64,000 nucleotides of DNA from NCBI GenBank assembly GCA_013239625.1, contig MU054925.1:3977934-4041933 (forward strand). Reading direction: 5' to 3'. The number at the start of each line of letters is the position of its first letter. Position 1 is the stretch's first letter. Positions 38,410-53,128 of the stretch are shown here, piece by piece. Made by a program: the position numbers and the translations under genes. This DNA is from Lama guanicoe (Eukaryota). The notes under the pieces are model-generated. The model had not been told where the DNA came from and ran no database searches. It saw nothing but the letters and a program-made list of their open reading frames with translations.

Positions 38410-39967
38410 TGAGGAGCTTTCAGATGTGTGACTCTTAGGACACTCTATCAGCCAACAGTAAGAATAGGAAAGGAATTATGTAATTTGTCATCAGGTGGCA
38501 GGAGCGGGTGCTAACAAGTTGCATCATGTCCAGCAGGAGAGAAGTAGGAGTTTGTCAGAGTGGGAAGAGTATTTTGCAGATGGGGAGTCTGGACAGCCCA
38601 GATGTGGAGGCAGGAGAGTAGGGGGTCATCGGTGTGGCTGGAACACAAGAGAGAGCAGCAGAAAGCCCCGGGCTCAAGCTGAGCGTGGCTGTGAGGAGCC
38701 TTCTGTGCCAGGCTGAGTCCCTCAGAAGAATCGCAAGTAGACTTCCATTCTGGAAAGTTGACTCTTGGCAGTGGAGAAGTGAACTGGGGACAGGACAATG
38801 CCCAGGGGAGCTGTTGCCATCTCACTGAGGAGTCCGGAGAGCCAGAGGGAGGGCAGTACAAGTGGGCGTGGAGAGGAGGGAGCGGCTGAGGGAGCTCCTT
38901 GGGAAGCAAAAGGGAGAGGACCTGGTGGCCTGGGCATTTCCCAGTTCATGTGATGGTGGATGTGGTGACGTGCCCCTCCACTGCGGGAGCTCCTTTGCTG
39001 GTGAGCCTGCGTCAGGCAGTGACTTTGCAGGGTGGATTCAGCTCTCCCACCTCACCCCTTTCTGAAGTTTTCACATCAGACTCTCTGCGAGCCCTCGTCG
39101 AGATTTGTTTTCCTTCCACAGAGCTCATGTTGCACCACCTTGAGTCAGCTGTCACAATAGAAAGGATTCCCCCTTTACAGGAGAAGTGCAAGATTTGGCT
39201 TTGGGAAGTCTATCCTATAGAAATCCAACTAGGAATTTAAATGGGATGAATCCTGTGTACACAAGATTTTAGTCCATTAATAGGGAGGAGAAAAGGCTTT
39301 TAAAATCTTTCTCTTAGAATACCTTGTCAGCCAAAAGTAAGAAATTTGGAACTATTTACATTTATAATTCTTTAGCATTTACCAGCCAGGCACCTAGCTG
39401 AATCTCAGTGTCTGTGGTCTCCTTTAACCCTTGCCCGAACCCTTTGCCATGAGCCTGGCACCTGCATTTACAGAGGTTACTGAGGCCAGAGAGGATGTCA
39501 TTCATCCAAGTTCTCTTCAGTTCTCAGTGCTGGTGTTACAGGGGCTAGGGGAGAAAAAAGAGAAGCAGAAAGTGGGGATCCAGCTCTGGAAGACCAGACA
39601 CTCAGAGAAACCACGTGGTCTCGTACACAACACTCCCCAGTGGTCACATCAGGGCAGGGTCCTTGAAGGATACTCCGTGCCTTAGGAATAGCAACAGACC
39701 CTAACCCCGCAACAGCCTTAAGGACATGCCCAGAATGGAGGCCTGACCCCAAGACACTGGGAGAGCCGATTAATGAGAAAGGGAGAGGAATGCGTGAACA
39801 GTAAGGGGACTGAACCGTTTTGAAAAACAAAGTACATCATCCAAGTGCCAGCTTTGTGCTTCATGACTAAATCTTTGACCTTAGTCATCTCAGAGCCCCT
39901 TAACTGGTAGATGCCCCCAAGAAGGCCGTTGAGCTCATTGAGGATTGATGAGAGAGAAGCAGAGTAA

Positions 39968-40620
<653 letters not shown>

Positions 40621-41869
40621 TAGTTCTTGGCCAACACACTGGTTTCAATGACAGAGTCTCCAGGAAGCCCAGCATGTTTGCAGAACACTCAAGGTATCAG
40701 CCAGAGCAGTAGGGCCAGCAGCCGCAGAAGGCCCTTTGGCCATTGGTGCAATTATCTGGGTTAACGTGAGACCATTCCAGACAAAGGAGAGACTTCAGTG
40801 ACAAGGAAACCAAGACCCAGATGACTGAAGCTGGGTTTTCTTGTGGGTGGAGGAACTAGGAGAATAAGCTTACTGCCTGAAAACCAAAAGCCTGTATTTT
40901 GGGGGCCCAAAATGAAATATTTAAAACTAGTTTCCATTTATCCTTCAACGTATTGTTGAAAAAGTCTCACAAAAAAAATTTCAGAAAATGATATTTTCAA
41001 AATGTTCTCGTCAAAACCGATTCTATTACCATAATTACCAAAAATGTCCCTTTAATTAGAATTTAGAGTAGAGACAGAATAGGCATGCTTATTTCCTTCG
41101 TTGTTTATCACAAAATAACTTACTAAACTTTTTTCAGATTTATATATATATAAAATACATATATATATATAAGACAGATACTGTTTTTTCGTTTTGGTTG
41201 AAGTACACATGAACTTACCAGTGGAGGTGGTTGTTTTTTGACTGTTTTGTTTTCAAGTTTTAAAGGTGCAGGATCGGTTTGCTGAGCGCCCCTACCCCTG
41301 GACGCATTAGAAGCATTCCGTGTGTTTTATAACCAACTGAACTTTTATGTGTCACTGTTCCTGCAGCCTTCCAGATGGGGCTGGCTCAGGTCTGGAAGCT
41401 GACTCTGGAACCCCAAGCCAGGACGGTGGCCACCGTCTTTCTCTCTGAGAAGGTGACAACTCTGGCTCTTGGTGGGGCAGAGAGAGTGGCACACTGGCCA
41501 GCTCCGCTCCTCAGCATGACTCGAGAAGCAATGTGAGCTTTTGTCACTGCCACCCATAGCTGGCAGGGCCACTGGCTCAATGCTGGGAGAGATGGCCCAC
41601 AAAGAAATGATAAAAAGAAAGTGCAAAAAAAAAAAACAACCCAGAAAAAACACAAACCAAAAATCCTCCCACCTAGGGAGAGAACCCTGGCTCTCCACAG
41701 GAGAACTGATGCTGCACTTTTTAAAACAACTCTTTGGTTTTCGTTCTTTTCTTTTTAGCTGCACACCCAGGTGCTCGCATGGCTGAGATGAATTGCTTTT
41801 TCAAATCGTTGTAATGATGTGCTTGAGCTTTTTCTGCAGCCTCCATTCCTTTCAACTCTCAGTCTTTCA

Positions 41870-41912
41870 GAATATTCTGAAGCAATTCTGTTTTAGGGTG
41901 GTGGCATGGAAT
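41870..41912 (+). promoter_or_regulatory. editing-site complementary sequence (ECS) for A-to-I editing of the IQ exon
   Basis: gaatattctgaagcaattctgttttagggtggtggcatggaat pairs gap-free over 43 positions (30 Watson-Crick, 8 G:U, 5 mismatches) with the recalled human exon-41 segment GTTCTATGCC...GGAAATTC; this species' exon 41 is in a gap. Confidence 0.85.
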
Positions 41913-44264
41913 CGGAGTTATCTCTTGCCAAGTGTATTCCCCGACATGTTTCTCAACATACAGATGCATGCTTCAGAATAGCGGGTCACGCCTGTCTAGG
42001 TGAACCTCCTCACATGGTCCCCCCACCTCCCTTCTCTCTTGAAATGCCCCTTTCCTTCCAGACCAGTCTCTCTCATGTCAGTGTCCATCCTGGCAAGACT
42101 CACCTGGGGAAGGTCATTCGCATTATTGTGACACTTCATGTCTTTCCATTTCACCAGAAAAAAAGTCCAGTATTTGGCTCCCTTCCTTTGAAAAACTGAT
42201 CAACTTTTTACCCTCCTAGGCTTCTCATAAAGGCTACGTAGTCTTCTGCTTTCTTGGCCCAGCAGTGGCCCCTGGCTTTTTCTCCATGTTTCTTAACATG
42301 GATTGAGGTTTAGGATGACGGGTTCATCCCTTCTAGAATGGCAGCAAGAGTACCAAGAAACAGCGCCTTAGCAGGGGATGGAATGCCCCAGAAGCTCCAT
42401 GGCATGGGTTGTGGGTGTGCCTAGTGTAGAGCTTACCAGGAAGAATCTCAGATAAATGCTCTGTCACTGAGTTTCCAAAGGCAGTGACTTTTAGCCTTTG
42501 GTGACAGACTTGATTGAGTTGTTGGCCAGGATCTTAGCATCTGCATTCACCATTTATCTCTTTATTTTTCTCTTTGACCTTCCAGTAGACTGTGGGTCCC
42601 AGCCTTTCCCACACTATGGGGCACTTAGAAAACGAGGACATTTATATAGCCCTCTGGGCCAGCAGAGGGGTAGCTCCCATGGCTGAGGGGCTCAGTGTCC
42701 CACTCAGGTTCCAGGAGCCTGGGACCAGCCATTGTGGGGCACTCAGAGGGCACCTTACACCCCTGGTGGCAGAGCAAAGTAGTTGCCCATCTTAGGAGGC
42801 TTTGCCGGCTCAGGGGTGATGGGAGATGCCCCCCAGGCCATTATGAGCTGGATGAGATGATACTCGGGAATGCGCCCGGAGCCCAGGTTGAACTCCATGC
42901 TCTCAATGGTACCTTTGGCTACGGGGACAGCCTGTCTACTCTCTCTGCACTGAGCTGTCTCATGTCCCATTTGAATTTTTCACATGTTCTTACCTGCACT
43001 CTTGAGTCTTCTGCCATTTCACTGATCTCCCCCCTCCTTCAGAAGCCCCATCTTTTCCCAGAGACTGTCCTTCCCTTCACTCCTGGACCTGGGTCTTCTG
43101 TGCCCTGAAGAGTGCTCGGAGCTGACACCATCATTCTCTGCAGCCCCGAGCCCAGATAGCCTCCTACATCCTTCCTCTGCTTCCTTCCTTTTCTGTGCTT
43201 TTGGACCTTTGGCTTTTCCTGTTCTTCAGACTCTTCCTGGGCCTGGTCTCAATAGCTCAGCATCTCGGTGTGAAGACCAGGTGACCCTTGATCGCTGCCC
43301 TGCAGAACCCTAGAAGGGTGCCTCTGCCCTGGAGCTGCCGCTTGTGCAGAAACACGGGCCACCCTCTTCACTGAGTATGTCGCAGCCCCAGACTCTGGGC
43401 CAAGGAGAGCCAAGACCCTCCCAGAGGAGCCCCTCTGAGCCCTTCCAGGTTAGCACCATCCAGGCTGGAGGAAGGTAAAAGTTAGGCCTGCTTTTGCTGG
43501 AAGCATTCCAGTGAGGAATGAGGTGGGCCTTCTGTAAATTCAGCAAGTGTTTTTCTTGGAGCCCACAGAGAAGACTTGAAACCCTGGCCTGCAGAGGTTG
43601 GCTAAGTCCCTGGGATTCTCTGCTTGGTCCACAGTCAATCCACCTCCCACATGGAGCCCAATAGAGAGGTAGACTTGGACTCTGGGAGAGGCAGCCCCAA
43701 AGGAGCAGATGGTCCTAGCAGTGGAGGTAGTGTGGAGGAGAAGGAGAGCCCGGGCCCGGGGTACCTACATCCCAACTCATCTGGCCTGGGGCAAGTCATG
43801 AACCTCTGTCCACTGCCCTCTCGCCTTCCTGCCTCTGGACAGTGCATTGCTAGACCATTTAGATCAGCACAAGACTGATGAGGGACCTGGTTTTACATGG
43901 TACCCAAAGACTTAGGTTCACTTTGGTGGCCTCCATGCCACTGTAGGCCTTGCCGTTTTGGGTTTAAAAGGAATGCAACACGCTTCTCAAGGCTGACCAC
44001 CCCAGGGCATCTCGTCACATAGTTAACACTGAGTAGCTTCTGACAAGGGAGTTTGGGGGGCAGCCCAGAGTGGCCCAGCAGTGTCCAGGCAGGGATACTT
44101 ACCACATGGGCACAAAATGAGCCCCAGCCAGGAGGGTCCCAGTGTCTCCACCTGTCATGCTCTCTGCTCCACTTCAGTGGATGTCACTATTGGCAGGTTG
44201 TAAAATAATAGTGACTCTGATGGTTCACAGTCACGTGCCCCCTGACACCTACGACCACCCAAGC

Positions 44265-44420
44265 CAGTGGCTGAGTGCTTTATGGGCCTCTTCTGCCGTG
44301 ATCCTTACAGCTCTTCCAAGAGGCTTAGACCCATTTAGGAATGAGAACACAAGCCCAGAGAAGCTGAGTCCCTTGCCCCAGATCGCATGTAATTTGCAAG
44401 GGCAGCCTGGCCCCAAGTTG
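44265..44420 (-). mobile_element. MIR SINE relic
   Basis: cccatttaggaatgagaacacaagcccagagaagctgagtcccttgcccagatc; approximate. Confidence 0.55.
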
Positions 44421-45240
44421 AGCTATGCTATAGCCTGAGGGCAGCAGTTGCTACTCCTCCCAGCCTCTGCAAGCCATGGTCACCAGTTCCCAGCCCATGT
44501 GGGGTGGGCTTCCCAACCAGGGATGCACCGACGCTGCCAGGGTAGCTTCTGAGAGACAGCCAGAGCCTCTATTCTGCCTCATGCATCACCTTGTCATGCT
44601 CAGGGAGTTCCAGTCCCCCAACAACACATGTGGGGGTTGTTTCTGAACAAAGCCGAAGTAAGTCAGCTCAACTTTGAGGTTAGTTGGAGCTGTCTCTTGC
44701 AGTATCGAAAATAAACAGTTGTGATATCAAACCGAGAAATGGTCTACGGAGGCTATTGGCAGAGAATCAAGGGGGCATATGAAAATCTGGGTTTGCAGTC
44801 ACTCTTTGGAAATTTCTTCTTCTGAGCTTGTCTGTCACCTTTCTGAGTCTCTATCTTTATCTCCAGGCATCGGGATTTGGATGGTTAATTGTCTTTGGTG
44901 TTCGTGGTAATTACACATGCAAATCCCTATGCACAGGGGTGAAAATATGACCCATGAAACCTTTTTTGTTTGTTTCGTAATTTTCATTTTGAGTCAATAA
45001 CCAAGATGGCACTTCATAGTGTTACTAATATGCTGCTCTGTTGATCTCATGACAAGTATGTTATTTTCTGCAATTTTGAGTACCAGTTTATTTAACTGAC
45101 TCTAATTTTGAGCCTTAACTGCTTTGCAAAACCTTGCTTTTCGCTAGATTTAGTCTCCTGAGTCCCAAGCCGAGAGCTCAGTGCCTCCTGCACTATCCTG
45201 CCCCACCCCACCCCCTAGCCAGCAGCGAGTGTTAAGGCTC

Positions 45241-45422
45241 NNNNNNNNNNNNNNNNNNNNNNNNNNNNNNNNNNNNNNNNNNNNNNNNNNNNNNNNNNNN
45301 NNNNNNNNNNNNNNNNNNNNNNNNNNNNNNNNNNNNNNNNNNNNNNNNNNNNNNNNNNNNNNNNNNNNNNNNNNNNNNNNNNNNNNNNNNNNNNNNCGAA
45401 GAACAGCACAATTGCCCTACAG
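45241..45422 (+). CDS. CACNA1D: exon 41 (IQ domain), mostly in gap; 3' end (A)KNSTIALQ visible
   Basis: 45397-45422 cg aag aac agc aca att gcc cta cag|gtgaat; start hidden. Confidence 0.9.
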
Positions 45423-48400
45423 GTGAATTGTTGTTTTGTCTTTTTCTCTTTTCACTAACGATTTTACAAGCTTATTTGAAACACTAGAGAGCTGACTATT
45501 CATGGTTGAGCAGTACCATCAGGATTTTGTTTAAAGTGAGATACTGCACACTCCCCCAAATGTGGACTAGCCATTTCTGGGCCACCAGGTAAGTGCCTCC
45601 CCTCCCTGCCTTCTCTGTCGTGCCCCTGCATCTGCATCCACCGCGGCCCATGTGGCAGGACCTCCGGGACAGCGGCCAGGGCACATCCCTGGCGGGAAGG
45701 GAGCCACAGCTGCCCTCGCACCCTGTCTCCCCCAGGCTTCTCCAAAGGCAGTGTCCTCTGAGCAGGCACCCACCTTCCCCCAGCCCCAGGCTTGGGCCCC
45801 AGCTGCCCACAAAACAGCTTTCCATCTGAATGCAAGTGCTTTGTTTTGTTTCTGTTTGTTTCTTACCCCACTGCTTGTTGGTTTTTGGTCCATTTCAGTA
45901 ACATCCATCACCTCCTAGTGCGTGTGTGCGTGCGTATGTGCATAAGCGTGTGTATGTACGTGCGGCGTGTGTGTCTCTGTGTGTTGTTTCCTGACGGCCC
46001 TGAGGCTCGCTGTGCAAACATTGTTCTCTCGCATCTTGGCCAGCCTCTGGCCCCTATGTCAGCCTGGGCCCTGCCCAGGCTCCTGGAGGGGCTGTCGTTC
46101 CAGGAACCCCTGGTTCTAACTAGGATCTTTGCATTCAAGGGTGTAGAATCCTAGATAAACCTAAAGCCCTAGGTGGGAAGCAGGTGTGTGGGGAAAGGGA
46201 GTCAAAGTGGAAATCTGCTAAGAGGTGCTAGGAAGAGAAGTTGGTGATTCCTGTGGTGAAGAAAGAGGGGTGGAGAAGGAATGGGGGAAAGATGCTAAGC
46301 GCTGCAGAAAGGGGACTGCAGAGGTTGGCAAGCTGTCAAAGCAACTGTCCAGATTAATCAAAAGCCCTGTCATCTCTGCTGTCTGGAATGTGTTAAGTCC
46401 ATCATGAATAAGATAAAGAATCTTTCCCTTTTAAATTTATTTCCTCCCAAATCACTTTTGTGTCCCTGTTATCACCATGTGTCTTAAATTGGGCCTTGTT
46501 GGTATGGGTGAGGTTCAGTGTGAAATAGTCCTTCACTTTTCTTCTAGGGGAAAATGCCCAGCCTTGTTTTGTGTTCTAGGTGATGGTAATTACCAAAGTG
46601 TGAAGACTTGTCTGATCTCTCTGAGAGAGAATGAACACGAATAACAATGAATGAGTGAAGGAAGGAGTGGGGGGGTGTGCATATGGCGGGTTCGGAGATG
46701 ACCTGGTATGACCGTGACTTGTTGATTCATGACGAAACCTGGGCTCTGCCCAGACAGCTACAGGGCGGGGGGAAAGATGGATGCTGAATCTGACCAAAGA
46801 CAATTTCTGGTCTTTCTTCCTCTGATCACATCTTTAAAGGTAGCTTAGTGAGTCACAGGCTCAAAAGCTGACTGCTATCTCAGGTTGTACAATTTGAGTA
46901 AAGTTCTTTCACCTCTGGCTGATCAGTTTGCAAAAATAACAGCCCTTCTCCTGATCACAGTTCACAAGTAGACTCAGAGAGCCTAGCACACTGAAAAGAT
47001 GTGTTTGCAAATTTAAACATAGTTCTTGAGGGCAGTGTGGCCGATTTGGGTGCAAGGACAGGGAGTGATAACGTGCTTCCACTGGCTTTTCTCTAATGTG
47101 GCCCTGGGCCTGGAGGACTTGGCTGGCTGGATTTCAGAGTGTCGTGGTGCCCCCACCCACACCCCTCCTGTCCATTTATAGGGGACCTGCTTGCCGTTCT
47201 CGGATTCTAATTGGTGGGTGTGGTAGAACTTGATGACTTTTCTAGAGGGGGAAACATACTCTTTCATGGATGACTATGTTGTAATTCACAGTAACCAAGG
47301 TAGCACTGTGTTCTGAGACCTTCTGTTTTCTGTGGAAGGCCTGTGTGATGACCACCTGGATACAGAGTTATACCTTTACTGAATCCCCAAGATTTCCCAC
47401 TTAGATGGCTTCAGTGCTTGCTCTGGTAGCTGGATATAATATTTGGGTGTTCTAAAACCTGAACAATAACACATGGCTAAGTAACTCATGGTCACATCTC
47501 AAGGGTGGGTTTCACTGAGTCTTCAAGTTGAAGGTTGGAATGATGCTTAAGCTACATGTATAAGTCATGGGTTAAAGACTGTTACATTGTGTCACAGTAA
47601 TGTTTTACTTTTTTCATTTTGCTGTTTATAGAAAGTTTCATTTCCTTGGTGAAATTAAAATATTTTCAGTTAGATGCTAATATCAACACACTCTCACATG
47701 GTTCCACTGAGAGTTGAGGCTGTGACTATAATTTATGTTAAGTACCCAGCCTAGGAAATTAAGTTGTGTTCATAATCTTGACAGATACATTCTGAAAATG
47801 CGTTTGATTCCTTCAGCAAACATCAAAAATAGAAAATTTTTGTCTCCTTGAAGGATAATTCTAATTACATTTTTGGCTTCTGCTGCTCTAGAAAGGGCTC
47901 TAAATGTGATTTGTCACTTGACTTTGAATTAGCACGACAAGGCTCTTCCTTTCTGCATTGGGGAAATATTATGTGACAGTGTGGCAATTAGGGAAACGGG
48001 GTCTCAGGGCAGTGGGAGGAGAAATGGATCAACAGTGTCACTAGGTTGAGTGCACAGATCCTCAAGGAAGCTCCCCAAAGCAGGCCCAGCCTATTGAAAA
48101 GTGGGGTGAGCTGCTCCTCCTGGGACTGGGGCGCCGCGAGGCTGACGGCTCCATTGCTGTTGGAAGGTGGAGTGAGCACAGGAGTCAGGACGTAGGCAAG
48201 TGCGTGCTTGTGCTGCGTAGAGTGCAGTCTGTCTGAGCAGGGTCGGAGCTGGTCCACGTTCCTGGCCCCACCCCACAATGGAATGGTTTTCGAGGGCACA
48301 CAGATGCACTCTGGTTACCAACCTCGTGGGCTCCATTCGGTGTCCCTCTGTTCAGACCAACCACAGTGCCCCTTCTACATGAAGGGGAGCGGCTTGAGGA

Positions 48401-49421
48401 GGTACGTGCGGGTAGGAGCTCGGCACCCGGTGTCCTCTGGCCTCTGTGGTCTGAATGAGTGTGCAGTTTCCATCCGTACATCCATCTTCATCCTTAAAGC
48501 CGGCCTTCTCTCCAGCCCCTCTCCAAAGGGAGTCAGAGAGAAGCTGCTTCAAGCTTTTCTTTTTTTTCCTCACCCATCCCCTACATGCCACATTCACTTT
48601 AGTTTGACTCAGCCTTTGCTCTTCATCCATCGTTGCTGCATCCCAGTGACCCACGAGTTTCCACAAGGAGCAAGTAAATAAAGGAACACAGCTCTGCAGC
48701 CACGAAAACTCTGTCCCTTCCCAGCAAATAGCAATGCCCCATCTGACCTTCCAGATGAGGACTTCTGTGCAAGATACAGGCGTGAATTCGTCCTGTGTCT
48801 CATGGATTGGGAGGGAAAGGATCCCAGAGTGGGGAAAGTTTTGTTCATTTCTTTTTCTTTCAATACTCAAGGATGTCCTTTATGCAAAAGACATTCTGGT
48901 GGAATCTGAGGAGACTGTTCTCCAGTCATCCCAGATGGGATCCTGCCCATCTTCATGACAGGAAGACTTTAGAGGGATAGCCTTTCTTTTTCTTTCTTTC
49001 TTTTTTTCTTTCCTTTTTTTCTTTTGTCTGTTTGGAAGTTGAGTTTAAAGAGGAGACCATCATTTACAGCTTGTAAAGAATTAGGCGGTTAGGCTTTAAC
49101 CTAATGTGAAAGCCAGAGACCCAACAGATAGTGATGTAGGTGGCCCAGTGGAAAGGTGGGTGGTGTACCAGAATAAAATGACTCTTAGTCCCTCCTGAGA
49201 GAGGCTCAGGCCTAAAGACAGGAAAACGGGACCCACAGACATTTAACCTGTAGAGTATCCGACACCTGTTGTCTAGTCCCCTTATTCTAAGAAGTAGCAA
49301 GATTTTTTGGTCTGTTTTTAAAGCATGATTCCATCGAAAGCCATAAAAAGGCTTTTCTTTTTTAATCTAAGAGAACAGATGCTAACAGATGAGATTTCAC
49401 TGGCTGATTCATTTGTTTCAG

Positions 49422-49442
49422 ATGCTTGAACGGATGCTTTAG
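49422..49442 (+). CDS. CACNA1D: terminal exon 42A coding part MLERML* (short Cav1.3-42A isoform)
   Basis: atttgtttcag|ATG CTT GAA CGG ATG CTT TAG; matches the known 42A tail. Confidence 0.92.
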   Translation: MLERML

Positions 49443-52400
49443 AATTTTCTGCCTGAGCTACAGCACCAAGCTCGTTAGTCGGAAGGCGTTGGTGGCTAAG
49501 GCCTTGAAAGGGAAAAGTCTCAAGTGGGCTTATTTCTACTGAAACAGCATTTCGGGAGAAATGCAGGAAAAAGCAAACCCAAGGCCCCAGGGAGACCCCT
49601 TCCAAGCAAAGCACTCCTCCGGAAGGTGGAAGCGAGGCCGTGGCTCGACTGTGGAGCCGTGGCCTCCTGTCGCGGACGCTGCTCGTGGTGGCTCCTTTTC
49701 ATGAAAGGGAACATGCAAGGCTTAACAGTTTTCCCTTCTGAGCAGAGACTCAGAGAAAGGGAAAGAGTGAGAGAAAGCAAAGGAGGTGGGCAGNNNNNNN
49801 NNNNNNNNNNNNNNNNNNNNNNNNNNNNNNNNNNNNNNNNNNNNNNNNNNNNNNNNNNNNNNNNNNNNNNNNNNNNNNNNNNNNNNNNNNNNNNNNNNNN
49901 NNNNNNNNNNNNNNNNNNNNNNNNNNNNNNNNNNNNNNNNNNNNNNNAGACTGGCAGGCCCCTTGGCGCTGAGCTGACAGAGTTCCTTTTCTATGCCAGT
50001 CCGTCATGACCTCCTGACCATCCAGCTCCGCTCTCTGCAGTGACCAGTGCAGGATGCAGTGAGATGGGGGCGGGACAGGACGCTCAGACACACCCATTTA
50101 AATTAACACATACACCTGCATGCCCAACCAACCCAGGCAACACCTCAGGTTCCATCTTAATGCGTCCACGGGAAATACCACCACACCCCAACCTCATCCG
50201 ACATTGTCCGTCTTTAAGTCAAANNNNNNNNNNNNNNNNNNNNNNNNNNNNNNNNNNNNNNNNNNNNNNNNNNNNNNNNNNNNNNNNNNNNNNNNNNNNN
50301 NNNNNNNNNNNNNNNNNNNNNNNNNNNNNNNNNNNNNNNNNNNNNNNNNNNNNNNNNNNNNNNNNNNNNNNNNNNNNNNNNNNNNNNNNNNNNNNNNNNN
50401 NNNNNNNNNNNNNNNNNNNNNNNNNNNNNNNNNNNNNNNNNNNNNNNNNNNNNNNNNNNNNNNNNNNNNNNNNNNNNNNNNNCAACAATAATAATATCAT
50501 ATGCCTGTTTACTACCAGAACTTTAAGAAATTCTTGTTTTTCTTTGATCTCTTTTCTGTTCTGTACTTTAGTGATCCATTGAGAAGGAGAATTCTCCCTT
50601 TTTTGAGATATCTAGGAAATGCATAAAGATGTAAACAGAGGTAATTCTACAGGCTGTGTTTTCACATCTTATGGAAAGTAGATTTTTGCCCAAGAAGTTG
50701 CTTCACGAGGGGGTCTCATCTGAAACTCTCAGCCAATTCTAGGCAGTGGTTGAGGAGCCAGTACATCTAATGCTGAGCCCATGATACCCAGAGGAGCCAG
50801 TTAACGTTTTAAAGTCAGTACTCAAGAGTACCCTTGAATTCCTGAAGTGTCAAGGGTTATAAGCTTGGTGCAGATGGGGCTGCGTGCGTGGTGGGCGCAG
50901 AGAGCGGCGGAATGTGGGGAGCCGGGCCCTGGCTGCGCTCATCCCTGACCAGGCAGAGCTGGGGAGCCGTGTCGCCAGTGGAAAGAGTGGTGCTAGCGGA
51001 AGCCCCCCGGGCCTGTCCTATGCGTGACTGATGGAGTCCCTTCCAGCCTTGAGGTTTGTTCCAGTGATGTCATCTGTGCTGTGACCTTTGCCCTTTGGCC
51101 CCAGTGGCTCACAGTACCAAGTGGTCTGCCCTGCCTGGATTTAAGTGGACTCCCTGGCCCCACTCTGGAAACAGACCCAGCCCCAGATTCTGCTCCCACG
51201 TGTGCAAACTGTTGTCAGTCTAGGAGCTCATGGTGGTTTTTATGGCATGGGGATGGTGGCGAAAGCCAGCTTGCTCCACTGTGGCTGGACCCCTGTAAAG
51301 ATGTTGAAGCTTGTCTGTATCTGCTGGGTGACAGCTGTAGCCCCAGCACCTTGAGTCTCCTCACCCCCTGCCAGTACCCAGCCCCTCCCCAAACCTCTCT
51401 GTGATCCAGTAGCTAAAGGGCTAATGCTTGTTGTAGTGGAGGCCTCTGGGACCCTATTTTGGGCTGAGAGCCCAGCTCTACTCTGACTGGGTAGTGCCCA
51501 GAGGTTCCAGTTATAAACTGTTTGGTGTATCATCCCTGAAAAGGAAGCTGGTCAGCCCTGTGGGCACAGGTGAGGGGTTTATCCACCATCAGACAAATGG
51601 TCCTTCTGTCTCTGGCCCACTCTGATATCAAGTTTATGAAACACTGAAGGGAGCATATGTGCTCACCCCTCTGTGTGTGGCCCTGGTCTCAGGAGGCCGG
51701 TTGACCAACTGTCTTCTAGATGTGAGTGTCTATGCACTAAAGCCTCATAGAGCAGCCCCAAGCAAGTCGCGTGGCTGGTGTTTCCTTCCAAATAAGTAAA
51801 AACTGGAAAACAGTAACTTTCTAGCTGGGATTTAGGGAATGATTTAAATGAAACAAGACCATCTTGCCCCTCGTGGGCCTGGCCTTGTTGCTGAGTGACA
51901 GCACTGGCTGTGGTTGGTGGCCGAGGCCAGTTCAGGAAGGACAGCCAGAAATTGCAGGGGCTGCCTGTGGCCTCAGCTCAGAAGGAAAACAAGGCTTCCT
52001 CGAAACTTGGTTTACAGTCAAACTGCAGACACCTCTTTCCTTTTCCCTAAGACCCTGGCAGACGAGTATAGCTTTAAATGTAGAGGAGTTGTAAGAGACG
52101 ACTCAAGTTTATTATGTCAGAATCTTCCAGACTCACTGAGCAAACTTGGTGCCCAACCCCAGAATCCATGGTGCTAAACTCTTAAGCTCCTGGATGAAGA
52201 CACGATGCTGGCCAGTATCCATCCAGGGAAGTAGACGGAGGATTGGGCATTGGGCTCTTCTTAAATAACTTATTCTATGGTGTGACCTAATCAAAAAGTT
52301 AAATTGATCTGCAGGACTACGGGGAACTGGATTCTCTACTCTTTCTGAAAGGCGGGAGATCTTTCCCTTCTGAGAATAGTAACTGTTATTGTCAGAGATC

Positions 52401-52822
52401 TTTGAGAAGATAGAATTGCTGAAAAGAAGTAGAGGAAAGTTACGTTATGTAATAGCAAAAGGTCCTAATTACTGAGGCGTCTTACTGAATAATACCCACC
52501 TAGTACCCCTCATCAGCGCAAATATCCCAATTCAATTGCCCAGGGGGAAGAACTTGCCGACCCTGACGGTTCATTGATTGGGGAGGCACCTGCATGAATT
52601 CGTTCTCCTTGGCACACCGTAGCCCTCAGAGAAGTGGCTGTCTGTGGATAACGAGGGCACATCAGTCTAAGGCACAGTGCCAGAGGCTGGCTCAGAGAAG
52701 CCACGAGAAGGACGTTTCTTCCCAAAGTGGAGAAAGGTCAGCGGAATCCCAGGGGTCCTGGATGGGGTGAAGAGTCCAGTGCCTGAGGAAAACATGGGGT
52801 TGCCTGTCTGAGGGTGGGTTAT

Positions 52823-53128
52823 CAGCAGTTCTCCAACTCTTTGGTCTCAGGAATCTTCTATGCTCTTAAAAAGTATTGAGGACCCTTATGTATCAATATA
52901 TACTGCATTAGGAATTTAAACAGATTTTAAAAACAGAATATGCAAGCACAACAATGCTGGAGAGATGAGATCCTGTGAAAAACCCCACTGTGCTCTCAGG
53001 AGCGAATGAGAATATACAAGGCTGAGAGCATCCTAGTTTTTAATTATGCAAATCACAGTGACCTCACAGACCCCTGAAGGTGTCTCAGGGGACCCCAGGG
53101 TCCCTGGGCCACACTTTGAGAACTGCTG
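52823..53128. mobile_element. hAT-Charlie (Charlie1-like) non-autonomous element
   Basis: Perfect terminal inverted repeats cagcagttctc / gagaactgctg; internal ggtctcagga...ttgaggaccc and gacccctgaaggtgtctcaggggacccc. Confidence 0.8.
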
